64,000 nt of DNA. It comes from Dehalococcoidia bacterium. Its GTDB lineage: Bacteria; Chloroflexota; Dehalococcoidia; Lucifugimonadales; Australimonadaceae. Below, one piece after another: positions 38,083-45,845 of the stretch. The translations under genes and the position numbers were made by a program. The number at the start of each line of letters is the position of its first letter. The first letter of the stretch is position 1. The stretch covers positions 1,095,560 through 1,159,559 of the forward strand of contig OZ244813.1 of the NCBI GenBank assembly GCA_965220225.1, read 5' to 3'. The notes below the pieces were generated by a model. It was given only the letters and a program-made list of their open reading frames with translations. It was not told the DNA's origin and ran no database searches.

Positions 38083-38091
38083 GCTGCTACC

Positions 38092-39399
38092 ATGCGGGTG
38101 CGGCTCATGCCGCACTTCCCTTGGAACGGAGGCCTCTTCGTGCGCTCCGGCAGGCCGTCGCTCCTGAGAGCGACCCTCTCCATCTACCTGCCGTCCATGC
38201 TGATGAGCATGGGGCAGGGCATGATCATCCCTGCGCTTCCCGCGATAGCCCGGACGTTCAACGTCTCCGAGGCGCTCGCGGTGCAGGTGATTACGAGCCA
38301 GCTCGTCGGGCGCACGCTCTCCATGCTCCCTACGGGAGCGATCGTCGACCGGTTCGGCGTGAAACCGCTGATGGTCGGCGGGGCGACGCTCGCCACCGCC
38401 AGCACGCTCACCGCCGCCCTCGCCCCGAGCTTCACCGTCATCATCGTCACGCAGTTCTTCTGGGGCATCGGCATGAGCACCTGGATGTTCGGCCGTGAGG
38501 TCGCCGCGGTCGACATGGTGCAGCGGAACCAGCGGGGCCGGCAGATGAGCGCCCTGATGGGCATCGGCAGCACGGGCATGGCGTTCGGACCGGCCATCGG
38601 GGGCGTACTGACAGACCTCATGGGCGTGCGGGGGCTGTTCTTCGTTTACGCGGGCATGTCGGCGGTCGTGTTGGCCATCTCGCTGCTCCACCGGGAGATA
38701 TCCCGGCCCTCCCGCCGCACCTCTGCACCGCTGTTCGACCTGCGTGCCGTCGCGCAGGTCCACCCCTACTTCCGCGCCACCTACCTCGTCCTCTTCTACT
38801 CGACGTTCGCGCAGATGATCCGGGGGCAGGTGACGAACACGATGCTGCCGCTCTACGTGCAGAGCCAGCTGCAGTACTCGGCGTCGATTACGGGCGTTCT
38901 GTTCACTGCCGCAGGGGTAACGACGTTCCTGATGATCGCGCCCACGGGGATCATCTCCGACAAGCTGGGGCGGAAGTGGGCCGCAGGTCCCGCCGCAGTG
39001 CTCTCCACCATCGCGTTCATCGCCTTTCCTCTGGCGTCGAACATCCCTGCGCTCTTCGCCGTGATGTGCACCGTGGGGCTGGCGAATGGACTCGCCATGG
39101 GCGCGATGACGATCTACACCTACGATGTCGTGCCGGTGCACGTGCGGGGGCAGTTGCAGGCGCTGCGGCGTGGAGTAGGCGAACTTGGAGCGCTCACGAC
39201 GCCGCCCTCGGCGGCTGTGATAGCCAGCGCGTTCACACCGGCGATGGCCTTCTGGTTCTTCGCTCCGCTGCACGTGCTGTCCGCAGCGCTCATATTCGGG
39301 CTGGCGCGAGAGAGCCTTCAGGGAAAGCGTGGACCGGGCGCGCCGTCAACGCGCGAGATCGACGAGGGCGCATCGTCCGTGCGTCCAGAGGGAGAGTGA
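38092..39399 (+). CDS. MFS transporter (paralog 2 of a tandem pair)
   Basis: 435 aa. ...IYLPSMLMSMGQGMIIPALPAIARTFNV; colinear similarity to 36838..38082 throughout. Confidence 0.85.
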   Translation: MRVRLMPHFPWNGGLFVRSGRPSLLRATLSIYLPSMLMSMGQGMIIPALPAIARTFNVSEALAVQVITSQLVGRTLSMLPTGAIVDRFGVKPLMVGGATLATASTLTAALAPSFTVIIVTQFFWGIGMSTWMFGREVAAVDMVQRNQRGRQMSALMGIGSTGMAFGPAIGGVLTDLMGVRGLFFVYAGMSAVVLAISLLHREISRPSRRTSAPLFDLRAVAQVHPYFRATYLVLFYSTFAQMIRGQVTNTMLPLYVQSQLQYSASITGVLFTAAGVTTFLMIAPTGIISDKLGRKWAAGPAAVLSTIAFIAFPLASNIPALFAVMCTVGLANGLAMGAMTIYTYDVVPVHVRGQLQALRRGVGELGALTTPPSAAVIASAFTPAMAFWFFAPLHVLSAALIFGLARESLQGKRGPGAPSTREIDEGASSVRPEGE

Positions 39400-39410
39400 G
39401 GTGTGGTCGT

Positions 39411-39485
39411 TGGTGGCAACGACAGGATTCGAACCTGTGACCTAGCGCTTATGAAGCGCCCGCTCTGCCGCTGAGCTACGTTGCC
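39411..39485 (-). tRNA. tRNA with CAU anticodon (elongator tRNA-Met type; could be tRNA-Ile2 if lysidinylated)
   Basis: Acceptor GGCAACG/CGTTGCC, anticodon loop TTCATAA, T-loop GGTTCGAATCC, encoded CCA. It lacks the initiator hallmarks (1:72 mismatch, 3 GC pairs at the base of the anticodon stem). Confidence 0.9.
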
Positions 39486-39589
39486 ACCGGGCACGCCGGG
39501 GAGCCAGCCGCTCGACCCGGTGCGCAGCCTTCCGATGATACGGACGCTCAGCTACCTCCGTCAACGAGAGAGTGGCGCGACGGAGCGCC

Positions 39590-40870
39590 TCAGGCAGAGG
39601 CGCGGCGCGGGTTGCCGATGGGCGGCAGGAAGAGCGCGGCCACGGTTGCGAGCAGGGACACGACGGTGGCGTACGGGAAGATGAGGCGGTAGTCATCGAT
39701 GCCCGGCGGCGAGAACCAGGCGATGATGATGCCGAGCAGGAGGGGCGAGAACGCGCCGAAGAACGCGTTGTTGCCCCAGAGCAGGCCGATCATGCTGCCC
39801 TCGATGTGACGCCCCTCAGCGACGTCCAGCGACGCCGCCTGCGCGAGGTTGGCGCCGGCGAACCGGAATATGCCCAGCAGGCCGACCAGCACCAGGAAGA
39901 GCGGGCCCAGTTCCGCGGTGAAGATCATGATGCCCGTTATCACGGTCGAGAAAAGGAGCACACCGACGAGGACCGGCTTGCGTCCGGCCCTGTCCGAGAA
40001 CGCTCCGATGAGCGGCGAGACGATGATGGACGTCCCGACCATCAGGGCGAGGTAGGGCGCGACGACCGCGGCGATACGCGCCTCGCTCGGGTCGTCCTCG
40101 ACCTCTCGAAGGAGCTGGGCGATAAGGACGGGGAGGAAGAAGACGATGGCGCGGTCGGCCATGCCGCGCAGGCCGGAGACGATGAGCAGCACCGGAAGCG
40201 CGCGGCTGGTGAAGAGCCCGCCGATGCTCCTGAACTGCGCTCCCGCGGTCCGGGACACGGTCTCCCGGCGCGGGAGTCCCAGCCGCGCCAGTATGAACAG
40301 GATCATGGCCGAGACGATGGCGATGATGAAGAAACCGCCCACCAGCACGCCGCTCCATGTGGTTACGAGGAGCGCCGCGGCGACGATGAACGGCGTGATC
40401 ACTTCGCCCAGGCTCCCGGCAGATCGGTGCAGCGACATGAGCAAGGCGCGGTCCTTCGGGAACGTGAACGACAGGATGCCCAGCCCCACCGGGTGCCAGA
40501 ACGAGCCCGCCGCCGAGCCGAGGGAGACGGCGATGATGAGGATGGCGGCGTTCGGCGAGATGCCGGCCAGGAGGTAGGCGAACCCCATGGAGAACAGGCT
40601 TCCCGCGAGGAAGATCCCCCGGTTTCCCGCGAAGAGGTCCACCATGAAGCCGCCGCCCATGCTGAGGATGCCGCCCGCCGCCTGTCGCGAAGCGGACAGG
40701 ATGCCGAGCGCGACCGGCCCCATCATGAAGACGTCCTGGATGATGGGCAGGAGCACGAGGAAGCCGTCGGCGTACATGTGCTGGAAGCCGTGGCCGGTGA
40801 CGATGACTCCGGCGACGCGCTTCGGCTTGCTGACGACGACTACGTCGGCTGCCGGGGCTGCTGTGGTCAT
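39590..40870 (-). CDS. MFS transporter
   Basis: 426-aa polytopic protein with ...GAFSDRAGRKPVL... as the MFS loop motif. Confidence 0.85.
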   Translation of the reverse strand: MTTAAPAADVVVVSKPKRVAGVIVTGHGFQHMYADGFLVLLPIIQDVFMMGPVALGILSASRQAAGGILSMGGGFMVDLFAGNRGIFLAGSLFSMGFAYLLAGISPNAAILIIAVSLGSAAGSFWHPVGLGILSFTFPKDRALLMSLHRSAGSLGEVITPFIVAAALLVTTWSGVLVGGFFIIAIVSAMILFILARLGLPRRETVSRTAGAQFRSIGGLFTSRALPVLLIVSGLRGMADRAIVFFLPVLIAQLLREVEDDPSEARIAAVVAPYLALMVGTSIIVSPLIGAFSDRAGRKPVLVGVLLFSTVITGIMIFTAELGPLFLVLVGLLGIFRFAGANLAQAASLDVAEGRHIEGSMIGLLWGNNAFFGAFSPLLLGIIIAWFSPPGIDDYRLIFPYATVVSLLATVAALFLPPIGNPRRASA

Positions 40871-40963
40871 GATCGTTCTCGTGTACCTCTACGTTCCTCG
40901 TGCGCTGATACTAGCACGCGGCATGCGCGGGTTTTCGAAGGGCGCCCAAGCGCGGGGTGCCTC

Positions 40964-42115
40964 CTACTCGAGGCGGAAGCAGCGGGCAGCGTTCTCCCAC
41001 ATGAGCTTGCGCATCCGGTCTTCGCCAAGGGTGTCCCAGCCCAGGACTATGTCTGCAGACTTCGGGAAGCGGGACTCGGCGTGCGGGTAGTCGGAGCCGA
41101 ACATGAGGACGTGGTCGCCCATGAGCTCGGAGACCATGCGCGTCATCTGCTCGCCTTCGTGGATGACGATGCCGGCGAAGAAGCGTCCGCCGGTCATGTA
41201 CTCCTCGATGGTGCGCAGGCCGTCGGCAACGTACCCCATGTAGTGGACCTGGTCTTCCATGCGCTTCATCCAGAAGGGGAGCCAGCCGAAGCCGGACTCG
41301 AGGATGGCGAGGTTGAGGTTGGGGTACCTGTCGAGCAGGCCCGCGCCGATGAACGCCGAGATCATGCGCATCGCGCCCCATGGGTGTGAGGCCGTGCGCC
41401 CGATGAACGGGTTGTCCCAGAGGTCGCGGTAGCCGGGATAGCCGGTTGCGAAGCTGTGGTGGGTGATGGTGAGCCCGGCGTCGTCTGCAGCGGCCCATAT
41501 GGGGTGAAGGTCCGGGTGGTCGACCGGGTAGTCGACCGGCAGGCTCACCCAGACGCCCTTAGCCCAGTCCGAGTCCGCGTAGCGCTTGATCTCCAGCACG
41601 GAGCCTTCGACGTCGCGTGCGGTCGCGAGGATGAGCGAGTTCAGGCGCCCGGGGTGGCGGCTGCACATGTCGTCGATCTGGCGGTGGACGCTGCGCAGCA
41701 TCGCCATGTCGACGGCCGGGTCCGGGTGACCGGAGGCCGCGCCGGGCACCATCAGGTGCACGTCCACGCCTTCCTCGTCCATGTCGCGGACGCGGGCGTC
41801 GGCGTCCCAGTCGGAGCCGCCGGGCGTGGGGAAGGTGAAGCCCTGGAAGTTCTGGAAGTGGCGCTGCGCGTTGGGACGCGGGGCTGCCTCGCCCAGGATG
41901 CGCGGGGGCGCCGCGCCCCAACCGCCTTCGCTGCCGAGGCGGTAGAGGTGCGTGTAGGGCTCCGGCATCTCCTCTCCCGCCCAGCCGGTGCGGAACTCCC
42001 GGGTCTGCAATTCGGCCTTCATGTCCCGGAGCATAGGGTCGAGGAAGGGTTCGAGGGTCTCCGCGGACGCGTGGAAGTGCGTATCCGCGTCGAATATCCG
42101 GTAGCCGTTGCGCAT
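40964..42115 (-). CDS. amidohydrolase family protein (Amidohydro_2)
   Basis: Internal ATG 42115 (MRNGYRIFDADTHFH...). C-terminal FGSDYPHAE. Confidence 0.85.
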   Translation of the reverse strand: MRNGYRIFDADTHFHASAETLEPFLDPMLRDMKAELQTREFRTGWAGEEMPEPYTHLYRLGSEGGWGAAPPRILGEAAPRPNAQRHFQNFQGFTFPTPGGSDWDADARVRDMDEEGVDVHLMVPGAASGHPDPAVDMAMLRSVHRQIDDMCSRHPGRLNSLILATARDVEGSVLEIKRYADSDWAKGVWVSLPVDYPVDHPDLHPIWAAADDAGLTITHHSFATGYPGYRDLWDNPFIGRTASHPWGAMRMISAFIGAGLLDRYPNLNLAILESGFGWLPFWMKRMEDQVHYMGYVADGLRTIEEYMTGGRFFAGIVIHEGEQMTRMVSELMGDHVLMFGSDYPHAESRFPKSADIVLGWDTLGEDRMRKLMWENAARCFRLE

Positions 42116-42176
42116 GGGCGGCACCTCGTTGCCGGGGGATAGCCGGAGTATACGCCCGCTTGCGAGGGGCGGTAGG

Positions 42177-43217
42177 ATGCGCGGCATGACCCTGTCGAAA
42201 CCGGCGAGACGCATCGCATTGCACGTGCCCGGAGATGGACTCTCCCGCCAGCAGACGCTCGACCTCGTGCGGCGCGCGGAGGAGCTGGGGTACGAGTCGG
42301 TCTGGGCCGGGGAGTCGTGGGGGTTCGACGCGTTCACGACGCTGGGATGGCTCGCCGGGCAGACGACGCGCATAGGCATCGGGACGCATATCGCGACGAT
42401 GTTCAGCCGCACCCCCGCGATGACGGCCCAGAGCGCGGCGTCGCTCGACTCCATAGCGGATGGGCGGCTCACGCTCGGTCTCGGCACGAGCGGCCCGATC
42501 GTGGTCGAGAACTGGCACGGGCAGCGGTGGGAGCAGCCGCTGCAGCGGACGCGCGAGTTCGTGGAGATCGTCCGGCTGGCGCTGTCCGGCGAGCGCGTGG
42601 ACTACGACGGCCGCATCTTCCGGCTGCGGGGGTTCCGCCTGCGGGACGAGCCTCCGCGCTCCGCCGTGCCGGTGATGCTGGCCTCGATAGGGCCTCGCAA
42701 CGTGGAGCTGACGGGAGAACTGGCGGAAGGCTGGCTGCCGATATTCCTGCGGATGGACTCGCTGCCGGAGATGCGGGCGCTGCTGGCGGCCGGGGCGGCG
42801 CGCTCCGGCCGCGACGCGTCGGCCATCGAGATAGCGCCTGCGATGCTGACCGCGGCGTCGGAGCGCGCGCCCGAGGGTGCTCGGGACATGGCGCGGGCGC
42901 ACATCGCGTTCTACGCGGGCGGCATGGGAACGTTCTACAACCGGATGCTGCAGCGCTTCGGATGGACGGAGGAGGCGGAGCGGGTCCGGCAGGAGTGGGT
43001 GCGCCCGAACCGCGAGGGGCGTCCGGCAGCCGCTGCCGCCGTGACCGACGAGATGCTGGACTCGACGAGCGCCGTCGGCACACCCGCGCAGGCCAGGGAG
43101 CGGTTGGAGGCGGCGTACGCCGCGGGCGTGACGCTGCCGGTGCTGATGTTCCCGCACGGCGCCGACGCCATGCTGATGGGCGACACGCTGGAAGCGCTCG
43201 CGCCTTCGCGGGAGTGA
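42177..43217 (+). CDS. LLM-class F420/flavin-dependent oxidoreductase
   Basis: ...LGYESVWAGESWGFDAFT...RIGIGTHIATMFSRTP...GRLTLGLGTSGP... Start is ATG 42177 or 42186. Confidence 0.85.
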   Translation: MRGMTLSKPARRIALHVPGDGLSRQQTLDLVRRAEELGYESVWAGESWGFDAFTTLGWLAGQTTRIGIGTHIATMFSRTPAMTAQSAASLDSIADGRLTLGLGTSGPIVVENWHGQRWEQPLQRTREFVEIVRLALSGERVDYDGRIFRLRGFRLRDEPPRSAVPVMLASIGPRNVELTGELAEGWLPIFLRMDSLPEMRALLAAGAARSGRDASAIEIAPAMLTAASERAPEGARDMARAHIAFYAGGMGTFYNRMLQRFGWTEEAERVRQEWVRPNREGRPAAAAAVTDEMLDSTSAVGTPAQARERLEAAYAAGVTLPVLMFPHGADAMLMGDTLEALAPSRE

Positions 43218-43238
43218 CGAGGCTCGCACCGCGCCGCA

Positions 43239-44816
43239 TCATCCCACCCATATCCCGAGGTTGCGGCCGCCGGGCGGCTCGTCTCCGTCATCGGGCGGGA
43301 GCCGGTAGCCGAGGCCGACCCGCGGCGGCGGGCGGTCGTCGTTCAGGAACGGTTCCGTGCCCGTCCAGATGCCGAACGACGGCGGGACGAGGAACGCGAG
43401 TGCGAGTGCGTCGGCCTTGTCCGGCGACGGCAGCCCCCGCTTCCGCATCTCCCGCTTCCCCTGCAGCCGCACCTGACCGGAACTCGATACGTCGTAGCGC
43501 AGCGAGACCAGCTGTCCGGCGAGATCCTCGTCGCGCGGCAGCGCGAGCAGGCCGTCGTTGAGCAGCAGCCGCAACTCCCAGAAGAACTCGGAGCGCATGT
43601 TGTAGAACCTCGTGCGGTGCGGCGCTTTCCCGCCGAAGTGCTTGCCGTAGACGGGCGCCCCGAGCTCTCTCAGCCGGTCCACGACGCCTCCACCGACACC
43701 GCCCTCGTCCACGAAGATGGCCTCCGCCCCCGTCTGCTCCACCGTCTGCAGGATCTCGTGGACCAGCCGCATCGTGTCCATTCCCTGGAACGCGCGCAGG
43801 CTCAGCACGCGCTGCCCCCGCCGCACGCAGATGGCGGACTTGTCGAAGCCGAACCGCGCCACGTCGACGCCGATGTAGACGGGCATGCCCGCGTCGGGGT
43901 CGTCGTCTGGCAAGGCTGTCATGTTGAGCGATGCCGAAACATCTCCCGGGGGACGCTCGTCCATGGCGGGGTCCGCACCCGAGAGATTCCTCGACTCCGC
44001 TGCGCTCCGCTCGGAATGACAATCAAGCAAGGCCTCCCACCGCTCCATGGCGGCCTCGACCGCCTCGTGGCCCACGAGCGAGTCCTCCTGTGCGTCCGGG
44101 AACTGCGCGAGGACGGCGGAGATGTACGCGGGGTGGTCCTCCGACCAGTCGAGGGCGAGCTCCTCGGCGTCCTCGGGCGTGATCATTCCGGGAGCGCCGC
44201 CGTTCTCGCCGGTGAAGTTGGGCGTGTCGTAGGCGGAGATGCGGATGCGGTGATAGCGGGCGCGCTTCGAGTGGTGGGACTCGTAGAACTCGCCGTCGAG
44301 CGACATGGCGTTGCCAACGAGCAGCAACCGGTTGGGGTGCAGCCGCTTGATGGCGTCCATCTGCGACTGCGGCATGGCGTGCGCCTCCGTGACGATGACG
44401 AGCAACTCCGGGGAGTGGAACCCCTGGATGTTGCAGGCCTTGTTGGTGGAGAAGCCGATGGCGAAACGCTTGTCGTCGATGCGGTACTTCGACGTGAACA
44501 TCTTCCCGCTGAGGCGGTCCTCCCCGGCTGCGTGCGCCAGACGCATCTGCTGCCAGACGATCTCCTCGATCTGCCGCTGCGTCGGGCCCGTCACGAGGAC
44601 GGTGGCCTCCGGACGTGTCTCCAGCCACCAGATCACGGTGCGTGCGGCGGCCCAGTCCTTGCCGGAGCCGTTGGCCCCGACGACGGAGACGCGCCGGTGC
44701 TTCACGACCGCCTCGAACATCTCGACCTGTTTCGAGTACGGCATCCCCGCCTCGCCGAGGACGTCCGTCACGAAACCGACAGGGTCGTTCCTGTACCGCG
44801 TGAAGTCTTCTGCCAC
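43239..44816 (-). CDS. phage terminase large subunit (orphan; carries an in-frame repeat insertion)
   Basis: Walker A VVGANGSGKD and Walker B-like LLVIVTEAH. C-terminal RNase H-like nuclease start VYIGVDVARFGFDKS. GTG 44816 lies 4 nt after gaaggtgg; the listed TTG 44942 is an upstream extension. Confidence 0.8.
   Translation of the reverse strand: MAEDFTRYRNDPVGFVTDVLGEAGMPYSKQVEMFEAVVKHRRVSVVGANGSGKDWAAARTVIWWLETRPEATVLVTGPTQRQIEEIVWQQMRLAHAAGEDRLSGKMFTSKYRIDDKRFAIGFSTNKACNIQGFHSPELLVIVTEAHAMPQSQMDAIKRLHPNRLLLVGNAMSLDGEFYESHHSKRARYHRIRISAYDTPNFTGENGGAPGMITPEDAEELALDWSEDHPAYISAVLAQFPDAQEDSLVGHEAVEAAMERWEALLDCHSERSAAESRNLSGADPAMDERPPGDVSASLNMTALPDDDPDAGMPVYIGVDVARFGFDKSAICVRRGQRVLSLRAFQGMDTMRLVHEILQTVEQTGAEAIFVDEGGVGGGVVDRLRELGAPVYGKHFGGKAPHRTRFYNMRSEFFWELRLLLNDGLLALPRDEDLAGQLVSLRYDVSSSGQVRLQGKREMRKRGLPSPDKADALALAFLVPPSFGIWTGTEPFLNDDRPPPRVGLGYRLPPDDGDEPPGGRNLGIWVG
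43977..44020 (-). repeat. family B repeat copy embedded in the terminase coding sequence
   Basis: The reverse complement gtcattccgagcggagcgcagcggagtcgaggaatctctcgggt matches intergenic 19412..19455 at about 40 of 43 positions. Translated in frame it reads CHSERSAAESRNLSG. Confidence 0.85.
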
Positions 44817-44871
44817 GGGTCCACCTTCTTCACCCGCTAGGGGCGGTTCGCGAACCGCCCCTACGCCGGTT

Positions 44872-44908
44872 AACACAGAAAGCCCCCTCACTCTCTCGCT
44901 GAGGGGGC
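44872..44908 (-). terminator. rho-independent terminator downstream of higA (upstream of the terminase)
   Basis: Minus strand: GCCCCCTCA gcgagagag TGAGGGGGC followed by TTTCTGTGTT. Confidence 0.65.
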
Positions 44909-45048
44909 AGCGGTCTTCCTGCGGCTCGTCCGTCAGGGTCAATGGTGCGCTATGCGTTGCGCTCTACCATCGTGCGGCAGAGGCGGACGTTCGCGCAAGA
45001 GGCGCGTGTCACAGCGGCGACGGGTCTAGGGTGGACTGCCGAGACCGG

Positions 45049-45333
45049 TTACGGTACGAACTTGAGCTTGACCCCAGAGGCGGCAGACACCTTCGCAAGC
45101 GTGTCGAGCCGGGGGTTTCGACGACCTGACAAGGCGCGTGAGAGGGCCACGCGGTCCAGGTTGGCCTTTGCCGCCAATCTGGACACGCCCCCTTGCGCCT
45201 CAGCGACGTTGCGGAACGCCTTCATCAGCAGGCGAGGGTCATCGCCCATCTCTTCGATCACCGCGTTCAGGTAGGCAGCGATGTCTTCAGGAGTCTTGAG
45301 GTAGTCACTGGCTCTATGTTCTCTCACCGGCAT
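45049..45333 (-). CDS. higA: HigA-family antitoxin (addiction module antidote, HTH)
   Basis: Internal ATG 45333, 1 nt after the toxin stop. ...TPEDIAAYLNAVIEE...GGVSRLAAKANLDRVALSRALSG... Confidence 0.8.
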   Translation of the reverse strand: MPVREHRASDYLKTPEDIAAYLNAVIEEMGDDPRLLMKAFRNVAEAQGGVSRLAAKANLDRVALSRALSGRRNPRLDTLAKVSAASGVKLKFVP

Positions 45334-45334
45334 C

Positions 45335-45652
45335 TCATTTCTCCTGGTTGTACTGAGCCCAGAGGGCCTGAGCGCTGCGAATATCGGCGGACTGCCGTGC
45401 CTTCGTTCCTCCACCCAACAGGATTACCAGCACGTCCCCGTCGCGCCCATAGTAGACGCGGTATCCGGGGCCAAAGTCGAAGCGGAGTTCGGAAACGCCT
45501 TCTCCGACTCGCCGATGATCGCCGAAGTTGCCGAGCTCGATGCGGTCGATGCGTGCTTGAATCCGAGCGCGCACCTGGGCGTTTTGCCATCGGAACCACC
45601 TATCGAAAGGATTCTGCCCTGCATGCGTGACATATTGGACGACCCTTATCAC
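45335..45652 (-). CDS. higB: RelE/ParE-superfamily toxin (HigB-like addiction module killer protein)
   Basis: 105 aa. ...AGQNPFDRWF...LGNFGDHRRVGEGVSELRFDFGPGYRVYY... The toxin-first gene order is typical of HigBA. Confidence 0.8.
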   Translation of the reverse strand: MIRVVQYVTHAGQNPFDRWFRWQNAQVRARIQARIDRIELGNFGDHRRVGEGVSELRFDFGPGYRVYYGRDGDVLVILLGGGTKARQSADIRSAQALWAQYNQEK

Positions 45653-45661
45653 GGCAACAGT

Positions 45662-45677
45662 GTAGCCAATTGGCTAC
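45662..45677. promoter_or_regulatory. perfect 16-bp palindrome, candidate HigA operator
   Basis: GTAGCCAATTGGCTAC, 10 nt upstream of the higB start codon. Confidence 0.45.
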
Positions 45678-45721
45678 GGCAAATCAATGCCCAACAGTGG
45701 AACTGGACGGGAGGTGGGGAA

Positions 45722-45750
45722 GCGGAGGTTCCCGCCTTCGCAGGAACGAC
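45722..45750 (-). repeat. family D hairpin repeat (inverted copy)
   Basis: The reverse complement gtcgttcctgcgaaggcgggaacctccgc matches 11557..11585 almost exactly. Confidence 0.75.
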
Positions 45751-45845
45751 AGCCGGAATGCCCGCCATTGCATCGGCGGCGGGGCGTAGTAGACTGCGCG
45801 CGCAGCCACCGGCTGCGCGGACGAGAACCAACGGGGAGGCGCAAC

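Noticed and set aside
36826-39273. Very long antisense ORFs. Examples: 36826..39273 (815 aa), 10188..11546, 15264..16553, 18400..19560, 22205..23539, 34578..36071, 39572..41389, 41559..43229, 51420..53786, 53948..55708, 59409..61037.
   Set aside because: Each lies opposite a gene with clear family motifs. Their translations are Arg/Pro/Gly/His/Asp-rich low-complexity strings without motifs, as expected for stop-poor shadow frames in high-GC DNA.
36764-39410. Reading the segment between the two tRNA genes as a tRNA-integrated genomic island.
   Set aside because: I could not find a direct repeat of either tRNA 3' end at the opposite boundary. There is no integrase, and the GC looks like the surrounding chromosome.
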